A stretch of DNA of 62,296 nt, filler included, from Catajapyx aquilonaris (Eukaryota): the NCBI GenBank assembly GCA_000934665.2. It is 3 parts of 3 records of this genome, joined end to end, with 100 filler letters (N's around TTAATTAATTAA, not from the genome) between each part and the next. Parts side by side here need not be neighbours in the genome. Positions count along the whole stretch, not along the records: positions 20,806 to 41,502 come from JYFJ02006212.1; positions 41,603 to 62,296 come from JYFJ02006213.1; 1 more part is not named here. One strand, 5' to 3'. Positions within the stretch are counted from its first letter, which is position 1. Every line of letters starts with the position of its first letter. A model generated the notes under the pieces. It saw only the letters and a list, made by a program, of their open reading frames with translations. It ran no database searches and had not been told where the DNA came from. Below are positions 37,692 to 48,490 of this stretch, in pieces. Both the position numbers and the translations under genes were made by a program.

Positions 37692-38103
37692 TTTTTTATT
37701 TATTTACACCCTTGAGGCCTTCTGGCCTATGTAGGGGGGAGATTTTTCCACCATTTTCTGACTCTCCAGTGCTGGGATAGAGGGGGGGACAGTGGTGCAA
37801 GTGCAATGTCTCATGGTGGAGGACGTGTGCAGTCCCTCAGAGGGCTAGGTTGACAAGACGACCCTCTAGATGAGGGTCAGAGACCTCCCACAAACGCCGC
37901 ACCTCCTCCAGTATGGGACAGGGATAGGAAAGGCAGGAAGCGGCTGTGGCCTACTACTTTAGGAAACAACTCCGGTATTCACCTGGGGTGACCGTGGGAA
38001 ACCACAGAAAACCAAGGTCAGAGTTGCCGGCCTGGGGATTCGATCCCTGGACCTCCCGATTCGCAGCCGGATACCAAATCCCCTCGGCTACTGCTGCTTC
38101 GGT
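37692..38103 (-). mobile_element. tRNA-derived SINE with family-2 head and a different 3' part
   Basis: Head homologous to 36179-36365; TSD GTCTCTGCACTAT on both sides; A-rich tail. Confidence 0.85.
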
Positions 38104-39594
38104 GTCTCTGCACTATCTCTCATTGTTGGAATATTTTTAATGCATTAATAGCATCACACTAGTTTATTACAATGGCCTTAGACAATATGTTGTACACGGC
38201 CAGACAAAATAGCACTCCCTTAAGAATTTTCCAACATGGGTGGCGCGAGTGGAGATAGCCCCTCACGCCACCCTCAGTGGAAAATTCTCAGGACTGCTTT
38301 GTTGTCCAGGTGTGCACTGACTCTCCTAATCAATTCAATTACACAAGAGTAATTCAGGCAACTTTTTTGGTAACTTTTTTGATACTGAGCACTTTAAGTA
38401 ATTGTCATCACATCATTATATACCGTCAGACGGGGTGAACTGGTCCAAAATTTCCGTTTAAGAAGATATAAGTGTGAAGATATTAACCCACAACATACTG
38501 CGTAATTTTTTAATTAGGCGTTGGAGAATGCTGGCCAATAGGGCGAGTATAGAAAAAAAAATTCCGTGCACAATGCTACGTAGGAAAAATTATGACTAAT
38601 TTCCCCATTATAAATGCACTTCTCTGGGCAGGAAAATATTAGAATGGGTTAACCTGGCCATTGCCATCCACATGGGACAACTTGGCCACTCCTTCTAATA
38701 TGTGCTACCCATAGGGGTGGGACCTAACCTTACCAGAAGCATAGAATCTTTGAAATGTGAACTTGGCCACTTGAAGGCGAAGCGGGGGTTAACTTGGCCA
38801 CCTGTTTTTAAACCAAAGAAATGGTGAATTTGATGGTAGATAAGTGGTTCTCGATATTACATGTTATAGGCTATTCATTTTGCAGTAGCCTGCTTCCATG
38901 GAAATGTGATCAACAACAATCAATCATTGTTGATGCAATGGAAACCTGTTGCCATGATAACCCATTGCTAGAGTAATAAGTAAACAAATATTGATTCACT
39001 TGCGGCACTTACTGTTAGTTTTACCCACCTTGCAGGACTACATGGTCACATCTACTGGAGCAAGAAACCTGACCCGATAATCTGTGTAATTGTCCCAAAT
39101 CATAACAGGGGTAGATTGGACTTATACCATATCATCTCCTCATGTCCAAGATACATCATACACATACAGGGTGTAACAAGACCCCATGCAGAAATTTTAA
39201 AGGTGGGTAGGGGACCCCAAAACAAACATTCTTTACCAATGAACCCACCCTCTAAAATAATCACAAATTCACTTAAATCGATATCTGGTTAGTGCCTGTA
39301 GTAGCAGTTATGTAGTTGCTGCTACTCCACAGTAGCGTGGTCATGGTAGTGCTGACAAGTTATTGCCAGTAAAAATGTCAGTAAAATACACAATTCAGTG
39401 TTGCTACTGGAGATAAGAACGCTGTACAATTCCTGGAATAAAGGTGGTGGTGGGTTTCATGTCAGCATTCATTGATTTGTGGTGGTGGCGACCTTTTACA
39501 GTACTGTACTAAATTGTCAACACTACCATGACAACGCTACTGTAGAGGAGCAGCACTGTTACTACCAAAGAGTTCTGCTATTATATAATATAAT

Positions 39595-39857
39595 GGGCCA
39601 CACGGTGGCCAAGTGGTTAGCGCCGCAGCCTTCCACCTCTAAGGTCCCGAGTTCGATCCCCGGGTCGGACGGAGGATACTTATGTGGATAGAGTTTCGAT
39701 GGGTTCTCTCCGTGTTCGCGTCGGTTTTCTCGGGGTTCTCCCGTTTCCTCCCACTATCAAAATCCATCACATTACAGGCAAATGATTAAAGACGGTTATT
39801 CAAGAGATGATCCCTAAGAGGCCCAAGGGGCCTATCACGGGGTATCCATTATTATAA
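39595..39857 (+). mobile_element. tRNA-derived SINE, family 1
   Basis: Homologous to 31563-31885; TATTATATAATA on both flanks. Confidence 0.88.
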
Positions 39858-40084
39858 TATTATATAATACCTAGAGGAGGTACTCCCTATCCTTTTCCAT
39901 TAGACAGGCTGAGGCAGCAGCCATCTTGTTGGAGGTAATATTGTTGTTCTAACAGTTGTCTAGCAACTGGGACAACAACCAATAATGACAACTGGGCGAC
40001 AATTAGCTCAATAATGTCAGGCGTCCGCCATCTTGTTGGAGGTAATATTGTTGCCTGCATTGTTGCCTGCATCACATTTCAGTC

Positions 40085-40719
40085 CGAGTGCCAGGTTATG
40101 GCGTATCGCGTTGTTGTAAGTAAACAACAACGCGATACGCCATAACCTGGCAACAACTGCGCGCCATCTATCAACAAAACAGTCAGCTCGACCAGCGCCT
40201 CCCGCGCGACGCGTCTGAGCGCACCCGTTCCTTGTCTATGAACCCCCTCTAGATGGCGTTTCCGGAAACGGGTTCCTATGTCAAAAATACTTGTCTTGGT
40301 CCCCTCTATTACCCCTGAAAGTCTTTGCAGAGTTACAATAAACACCCTGTATATATATATATATGTATATATATGTATATATACAGGGTGTAAATGAATT
40401 CAATCGACAAACTTGTAGGGGTAATAGAGGGGACCAAGACAAGTATTTTCCGGCCAATTCAAACATCAGCCCATGGATAGCGCTTCCATTGTTGCCACTG
40501 TTTACAAATCGAATGAGTGAGTGCGCAGGCAGAAGAGATCCGTCGCTGGGTCATCCGCGTCACTCACTCAATTAGTAAACAGTGGCAACAATGGAAGCAG
40601 TCTCCATGGGCTGATGTTTGAATTGGCTCGCCGGACGGGGTTGCCAGGTAACGCACTACAACATAAGCAGCTTAGGCCGAATTTGTCAATAGCTGTTCGG
40701 ACAAAAAAGTTGGACCACC

Positions 40720-40754
<35 letters not shown>

Positions 40755-41502
40755 GTTTATTGTAACTCTGCAAAGACTTTCAGGGGTAATAGAGGGGACC
40801 AAGACAAGTATTTTTGACATAGGAACCCGTGTCCGGAAACGCCATCTAGAGGGGGTTCATAGACAAGGAACGGGTGCGCTCAGACGCGTCACGCGGGAGG
40901 CGCTAGTCGAGCTGACTGTTTTGTTGATAGATGGCGCGCAGTTGTTGCCAGGTTATGGCGTATCGCGTTGTTGTTTACTTACAACAACGCGATACACCAT
41001 AACCTGGCAACAACAAATCCGCTGTTGACTATCCGCGCATCTCCGAGGAGGCGTACTTTAGTTGCTAGATGGCTCTGCTGTTGCCAGGTTATAGCACATC
41101 GCATCGGTGTTTACTATCCGAGCGCCATCTGTCAACAAAACAGTCCGCTCGCCTAGCGCCTCCCGCATGAAGCGTCAGAGCGCACCCGTTCCTTGTCTAT
41201 GAACCCCCTCTAGATGGCGTTTCCGGACACAGGTTCCTATGTCAAAAATACTTGTCTTGGTCCCCTCTATTACCCCTGAAAGTCTTTGCAGAGTTACAAT
41301 AAACACCCTGTATATATACAGGGTGGTCCAACTTTTTTGTTCGAACAGCTATTGACAAATTCGGCCTAAGCTGCTTATGTTGTAGTGCGTTACCTGGCAA
41401 CCCTGTCCGGCGGGCCAATTCAAACATCAGCACATGGAGACTGCTTCCATTGTTGCCACTGTTTACTAATTGAGAGAGTGACGCGGATGACCCAGCGAAG
41501 GA
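40085..41502. repeat. Array of Tc1/mariner-type MITEs in alternating orientation separated by (TA)n
   Basis: Repeated CAGGGTG termini and GGGGTAATAGAGGGGACCAAGACAAGTATTTT motifs; 40085-40349 is inverted relative to 40751-41010. Confidence 0.8.
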
Positions 41503-41602
41503 NNNNNNNNNNNNNNNNNNNNNNNNNNNNNNNNNNNNNNNNNNNNTTAATTAATTAANNNNNNNNNNNNNNNNNNNNNNNNNNNNNNNNNNNNNNNNNN
41601 NN
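41503..41602. other. Artificial contig-joining spacer
   Basis: 44 N + TTAATTAATTAA + 44 N. Confidence 0.97.
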
Positions 41603-42939
41603 CTGGCAAACCATCTTCATTGTTTTGGTCTTGTTGGATTCTGCCACTCAATAGAGCACCTGCAACAGCAGCTCCATAAACAACGCATTCCTCCGGTGCG
41701 ATGGACATGTCGAGTTCTGTCCACTCGAAGAAATCCTTCACCATTTCCACTAATTTCGGCATACGCGTCGAACCACCAACCAAGACTATGTGCTGTACTT
41801 GGCTCTTTTCAATGCCGCCCTTCCTTAAAGTGCTTTCCACTATATTTAGCGTGGTAGTGATAGTATCAGCGCATAGATTTTCAAATTCATGTCGAGAAAT
41901 CTGAAACAATATGGTACTTGTAACATATATACTATACAAGTCGACCAAAATGTTGAATAAATAATGATTTACCTTATACGTGTAATCGCAGCTTCCCCAA
42001 ATGTCATTAAACTGTATCGCTGTCTCATTTTGAACTGACAGCATTTTCTTGGAGTTCTCACAGGCTGTGTAGAGCTTTGACATTAGCTCAGGTCCGAACA
42101 TCAACTTGGGCTCAATGTCACGAGGAATCTTTTTCAAACACTTAGACACCAAGAGGTCATCGAAGTTCTTTCCTCCCAGAACGGGATTACTCACACTCAC
42201 AACTAGTTCGGGGTGTAAGTCTTTCATATTCAGCACCGACACTTGAAAACAGTATGTGCCCATGTCATAAACCAGCAAGTGATTTACGTTCCTCAGGTTT
42301 TTTTCAAAGCAGTAAGCAAGCGCAGCAGCAATGCAATCGTCTATGACGTGGAGGTGAGTGACTTCTGCCCATTCAGCTACTTCGCTAGTTGCTTGATTTC
42401 GCTGATTTGCGTTAAAATAGGTGGGCACAGTCATTACAACCCGGGTCACATTGAAACCTAGAAATAACTTGGTATTTTCCAGCAGTCTTTGCAGCAACCA
42501 GGACAGCATGCGTTCAGGATAAAAAGTTCGCGTTTCGTTTCCTTTATCCACAGAAATCTGGGCTTTTCCTTCACAACGTGACACTCTAAACGGCCAGTAA
42601 ATTCTACATGTTGGCTGAAGTGAACAGTCGGTGTCTCTTCCAATCAGTTGCTTCAAGTCGAACACTGTGTTTTTTGGATGGCTTCCCATCTGAAACCAGG
42701 TCGACAGGTCAGAACCACTCGGATTGCTAACAAACATAAAATAAAAATGATCTCACCTGTTCCTTAGCCTTACCACCGACATAAATCATAGTGTCGAAGA
42801 AAGACACACAGCTAGGAACACCACTCCTTTTGGTCCAGCGCTCGGGAATAATTTCGACCTTTCCATCCTTCCACACTGCAATTCTAGATTCGGTTGTTCC
42901 AAGGTCCATACCAACAACTGATGTACTTTCAGAAGCCAT
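41603..42939 (-). CDS. Hsp70-like G1: degenerate NBD, 3' end cut by the contig end; exons 42939-42757, 42689-41973, 41900-41603
   Basis: [28 protein letters not shown]; phase-0 GT-AG introns. Confidence 0.85.
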
Positions 42940-44163
42940 TCCGATGTTTGGGTGTGTCAGGTTGCTGATTACTCTTGAAAAGAATTATTTTGTACGTACA
43001 ACACTAGAAATACGAAGGGAAAGAAAATTTTCATATCTGTTATTGTCAATGTCACCCAAATAACTGTAATATTGTGTGAGTAAAGCCTTGATATGCTGTT
43101 GTCTCTAAATTTGTTACTGCATAATAAATTATATTACAAAGCTTCCATGCAGGATATCTCTGGTGGAACATTTTATTTGACAGTCTGTACATACCCATAT
43201 GTATTATAATACCGGTATATCATATAAAATATATTAGAGCTACAAAGATGCGATGATAATGATTTGGACATACCTATAAATTATTGACACATCCAGACGT
43301 TTTCCGCCACCTGATAAATGTCCTCACAATGAGTCATGAATTCATCTTGGCTGTGTAGGCCGGCGTTATGCACATTAATATTCCGGATCCCACTAAATTC
43401 TCATTTAGAAGTAACAGTATGTTATACTAATAGCTATAAAAGTAATACTCAGGTAAATCATTTCTTACCTTAGGTAATAATAATTTTTCACATTACTTCA
43501 CAATTGTACAGGGAATATCCGAAAGAATGTGCTGCTTCCTTATAGCTTGTTGTCTCTTTTCTTGACTGGTATATGCTACGAGGAGTTCTCTATCGGCATG
43601 CCTTGGAAATAATGCGCATTCGCTTATCGCGACAGAGTTATCTCGTTACTGCGGCAACCAAAAGTGTGCTTTTGTACTGCTGTCAGACCTTGTTTCTTGC
43701 ATTCTAATAGGGGTTAATTTCCTTCACTGTTTCATCCTCTGGCCTATGTCTCTTTGTCAGCATGCCGGAAGAACTGAAGAAATGGAGAACGATTAGAGGT
43801 TCTACTGTTTGGCGCACTATACAGGATGGTCAAGTCGATTTTTTAATATTGAAAAATTACTGTTTATTTAAAAAAAATTAATGTCGCGGTTGACCCTGCA
43901 ATATAATTTGAACTGCACGAGTGCGTTCATGAACTCCAGGTGATACGTAGCATTCAATAAGGTTAGTTAGACGCTCGGTAAATTATATTTCTTCATCAAA
44001 ATATATTCATTCACAATTGTGTACAAACGAAAATGTAACCTCTCTAAAACACTTACGAAACATGCAGTATATTATGAGAACATTGATATAAATCAATTGG
44101 CCAAATATATTCTGCGAATAAAATTGTACAGACATTTACAACAGAACTTTGTGTGACAGGTAA

Positions 44164-45317
44164 TTATTGCGGTTGATTTCTCAACTTATTTTTTAGTGGT
44201 TCGTACATTTTTCTGAACGTGTTCAGTTCAGTCACAAACGTGTCAAGTTCGGCCTCGTCGTTATCCTCTATGAAAACCAGCATATTACAACACGCATCCT
44301 TTGCACTATCTTTCTCTTGGTCCGAAACCTCGTCACAACCGGTTGTTGTTTCCAAAGCACGCTTCAGTTCCAACACATAATTCTCCAGATTTAATTTGGC
44401 GTCGACCCTCTTCTCTAACAACAATTCCTTTTCGTGAAAAAATCTCAGTTCTTCCCGTATTTGCGACATCTCGTTGTCGCTCGCTGAATGTGCCTTGCTG
44501 TTGGTGAATGTGTCTCTTTCTCCAGAAACTTCTTTGATAGCACGAACAAGGAGAATTCCGTTGGGTTTTACTCGGCATGTGACTTCAGCCTTATGGTTAT
44601 CGTTCTTCTTGCGGACAACCACCTATAGAAATAATAAATGGAAGTCAAATATTAGTGTAATTTGCAAACTGGCCAATTATCAATCATAAACGACATGAAT
44701 TGACAATACTTTCCTTAGCCACTACTGGTTGCAAAACTGGACAAGTTTCCTTACTGTGTAAATGACCCAAAATTTAATACCAAACATTGTCTACTTACTG
44801 GTATTGTGACTTCAACACGGCGGCCTTCTGAGCTCTTCCAGTTCCCATTTTTGTTAAATTTTACAGCGGAACTTCTCTCTAAAATTTGCAGCGTGCTTTT
44901 GGTGTGATATAAAAGCAACGATAATGTGTTGTGGGCAGGATCTCTGGTGTCTGGCAATATGTTATGTTGTTCAGTAATCTCCAACTCTGCAGCATGTCCA
45001 GAGATGACCTCTTGGTCATTGGCCACCCGAGAGATGCTTACATTCTTGCCATCAGCCTCGTTTTTGGCATGGGAAGTAGGCCTACTGTCAACACTGGTTT
45101 CTGTGAGAGCTTGTCCCTGCTGCTCTTGATGATGGCCTTGACTGGAGCTTTTTAAGTCATATAATTCTTTATCAGTGGGACAGTACCAGTCCTCCTCCGA
45201 AAGACTCCTCAAACTGGTTAACGTGGCATTCTGGCTGCTGCCATTCTCTTGCTGTGTATTTCTTTCATAGCGGATGAATAAAGACTTAATTCTGGCCCAC
45301 CAGCCATTCCACGCCAT
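44164..45317 (-). CDS. Hsp70-derived G2: no NBD; low-complexity N-terminus, last SBD strands and helical lid; exons 45317(or 45389)-44799, 44622-44164
   Basis: VTCRVKPNGILLVRA, DAKLNLENYVLELKR, CCNMLVFIEDN (cf. Hsp70 AKNxLESY and lid helices); phase-0 intron after VTIP. Confidence 0.7.
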
Positions 45318-46834
45318 TTTAACCTCGCCTTGTGTTCCGTGATTGGAAATGTCAGCAGTTTCCCAGTGGTCCAGGCTCAAGAAGGAAGTCTGAAAAATAG
45401 GCATTTTATTGTCTTGTGGTCATTGAGTCCGGACTTCATTATTTTGGTAGTATAAGGCATTGTAATAAAATGAGTAAGAATATTTTAAAATGAATTTAAA
45501 TCATGAAGTGATTCATTTTATAACGAGAAACATTTAGAGTTTCCTACCTCATCGGGCAGTCCGGATGTGTTTGGAACCTCTTGTCAGTTATTGCTCTCAG
45601 TGTCCTCTTCTGAAAACTAGTCTTTAACAAACATGCCTACCTTTGTTTTCCGAACAACCTCAAAGCACTGATTATGTCACCTCCGTATATGGAATGCTAT
45701 CAGAAACCATTCTCCTTTGCTCTCATTATCTCGTTACCATAGCATTCATGTGTATCTTTGATGTCTGGAAAGTGCCAGAAATAATATATCAACTTTTCGC
45801 ACTGAACTGCGGAAAAACAAATTGCAAGCAATAAGTGAAACCACAATTTTTATGTACTGCGAAGTTGATGCAAATGACATATGACGGCAGCACTGGCTGA
45901 AGTGGGCTAAACAAACCATTGAAGCGGTTTGTTTACATGTGTTGTCACACGAAGACCTTGGGACTTGTATGGTTGCTTTCAAATGGCAATGATTGAAACA
46001 ATTAGCAAGCAAATTTTTAATTATTGTAAAGAACAATAGAAAATTTGAGGCGAAAGTCATTTGCCAAATCAGGTTGTGTTCATGGGAAGAATAAATGCAA
46101 CAATAAGGCATGGTGCAGGGACTGACCGCGTGTGATTGTAGCAGCACAATTTATACACAACTGTCCTTTCCTGTTGGAGAGTATACTGTTCCCTTACATG
46201 CCTAAGTGCTAATGAGACGTATACGTGTGAAAGCTGTAAAAAAACCGAGCATATCATCGATGTGTAATGTTCTTTTAAAAATACGATAAATAACAGTGGG
46301 ATAAGTCGGATATTTTGATAAGAAGGAATTACTTTTAAGTTACTACAAACATTTAAATAGCTAATCATCAGGGGATTGGTATTGAATGCTAAATATAACT
46401 CTCGTTATCAAATGATACTTAGCCCTTTCAACTTTATGCATGCACGGTTTCTATGGCAATAAGATAATGAACCAATGTACTCGTAAAAAGATGGTTGTAT
46501 CAGAATGGCTTTCCTCATCCGAAGCTCCTGGAAGTAACAGGTGATTCTCTGTTGAACACCTTGTGTTATAATCATTATTCTGCCTAACACTTTTGTGTTC
46601 CACTATTGAGGCGTACATTTTTACTATTGAATAATTTGTTTTCACGCATATAATTATTACATCAGAATATTCCGCAGCTGCAGAGCAACCAGTGTGTGCA
46701 AAAAATGACGGAAATGGCACCTGCAAGAAGACCTGTGTTTGGGATGGACCCTGCCACTTGGAATTACGGACATGCTGAGTGTGTGGATAGTTGAACCAAT
46801 TAAGTTCGAAGTAATTAGCAGCGAGCCTGTGACA

Positions 46835-47851
46835 ATGGCCAGTACCAGGCTTCTTCAGAAATATTCCAATGAGAAGAATCAGGAAGTCTGTCTGGCCAGG
46901 AAATTGGACAGTTATGCAGACGCACAGGCCAAAACCACATATCGTCTTGCGGGATCACGTTACTGTGACACCATTACCATCCCAGGAAACAACAAGTCGG
47001 AAAAAGCAGTGAACACTAAGGAAGATGGTAACAAAATCAGCGGTCACAATGGTGCCGCAACACTTTGCAAGGCGGAGGACTTGTCCCAAGGCCATCGAAG
47101 CATCATCAACAGTCGAAGCCTGTTCCTGAAGTTCGGAGAAGGACATTTTCTTATTTGTAATAACAATTTTACGACTCAGTTCAACCGGCAGGTTACTTGC
47201 AAAAAATTGGACGCAAACTGGGCCTCCATCAACATACCTGTGAGTACTGTCTATTTTATTAGTTATAAAAATGATTTGTTATGAAATAACATAGCTTGAT
47301 TAAATAATTAATATCATAATTGCGTCATACAGAAGATCGGTCTGTAGGTGATTTTTCTATTTATTCCCACTTTGACATATTTTCAGAAAGAGACGAATGG
47401 AAGAGCAGGGAATGCTTCCAGTAATATTCGTATGAATGTCATGACCGTCACTGTCGATGCCAACGGGATCTTTCATGCTGAAGCTGCCAAATCATTCAGA
47501 GGGAAACGTTACATTGTCATACCGCAAAAGGCAGACACCCAGAGGAAATCCGAGTTATCAGAGATGACAAAGGAAGCGACGATATACCGCGACCAGGAAG
47601 CAAAGAAGAAGGATGCGGAGGTGGCCAAAGCAAACTTGGAGAAGTACGTGTACAACTTGAAAAGAAAGTTGGAAGCAACAGACAATGGCGACATAATTTC
47701 CGATGACTATACACGACACGTGCAGGATCAGTGCTACAAAATGCTGGACTTTATAGACGAAAACGAAACCGCAGATAAAAACATGTTTGTATCTAAGCTG
47801 AAGGAATTCAGGAGAATGTTTCAACCACTGATGAACAAGTTGGGAAAATAA
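46835..47851 (+). CDS. Hsp70-derived G3: no NBD, lid-only; exons 46835(or 46772)-47239, 47387-47851
   Basis: VTVDANGIFHAEA, AKANLEKYVYNLKR; phase-0 intron after INIP, as in G2 and G7. Confidence 0.72.
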
Positions 47852-48490
47852 TTGGGCTTCATTGTGAAGGTTATTTTACACTGTAGTTTCATGTTGGGAT
47901 TAATAAAAAAATACATGCTGACATTATTACACATTATGTTTTCTGGCATCGTGAAACATTATGACTCTGTTCAGAAATAATTAAAATAATGGCAATATTT
48001 TATCTACTAGTTGACACACATTGTGGTAAGTTACATTACGATTATCATGCATTTAAAATGTGCGCATTCTTGAATAATGTTAATTAGGTACTGCTCGTAG
48101 ATTATGTTTAACTTTTCCATCACGATTAATTAATTACACTTTAGGGTACATTTTATGAAAAACTTCCTGGAGTATGACCTCCGGATTGACTGCACGGAGC
48201 AAACAAAGATAAGTGCTTGGAGAATGACGATAAGTAAGCAATGAAGCCAACTGATCATGATTACCTCTAAGATATACTAGTGCTATCACGTGTATCGGTT
48301 ACTGTGGAAGCGCCTGAAGAGACAGTAAGGTTAGTATGACTAGGGTTATTCAGTATGTCTGCTCCGTACAGTACATACTGTTATAGGTCATCTTTAATGA
48401 CATGTGACTTTTTCATACATTCCCTGGCGTGCGGTGACTGCAGTCGACTGGTAAAGAGGTGACTGACTGATTGACAGTGGAAATAGGAGA

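Noticed and set aside
29860..39700. tRNA-like sequences with A/B boxes
   Set aside because: They continue into SINE bodies, most with tails and TSDs, and I could not fold complete cloverleaves; not called as tRNA genes.
20706..41602. Functional linkage between the GPCR, BTB-ZF and Hsp70 loci
   Set aside because: Separated by artificial spacers, so adjacency is not biological.
48000..48490. Heat-shock elements upstream of the Hsp70-like genes
   Set aside because: Only an isolated TTCnnGAA (~48066) seen; no convincing array of three or more nGAAn units.
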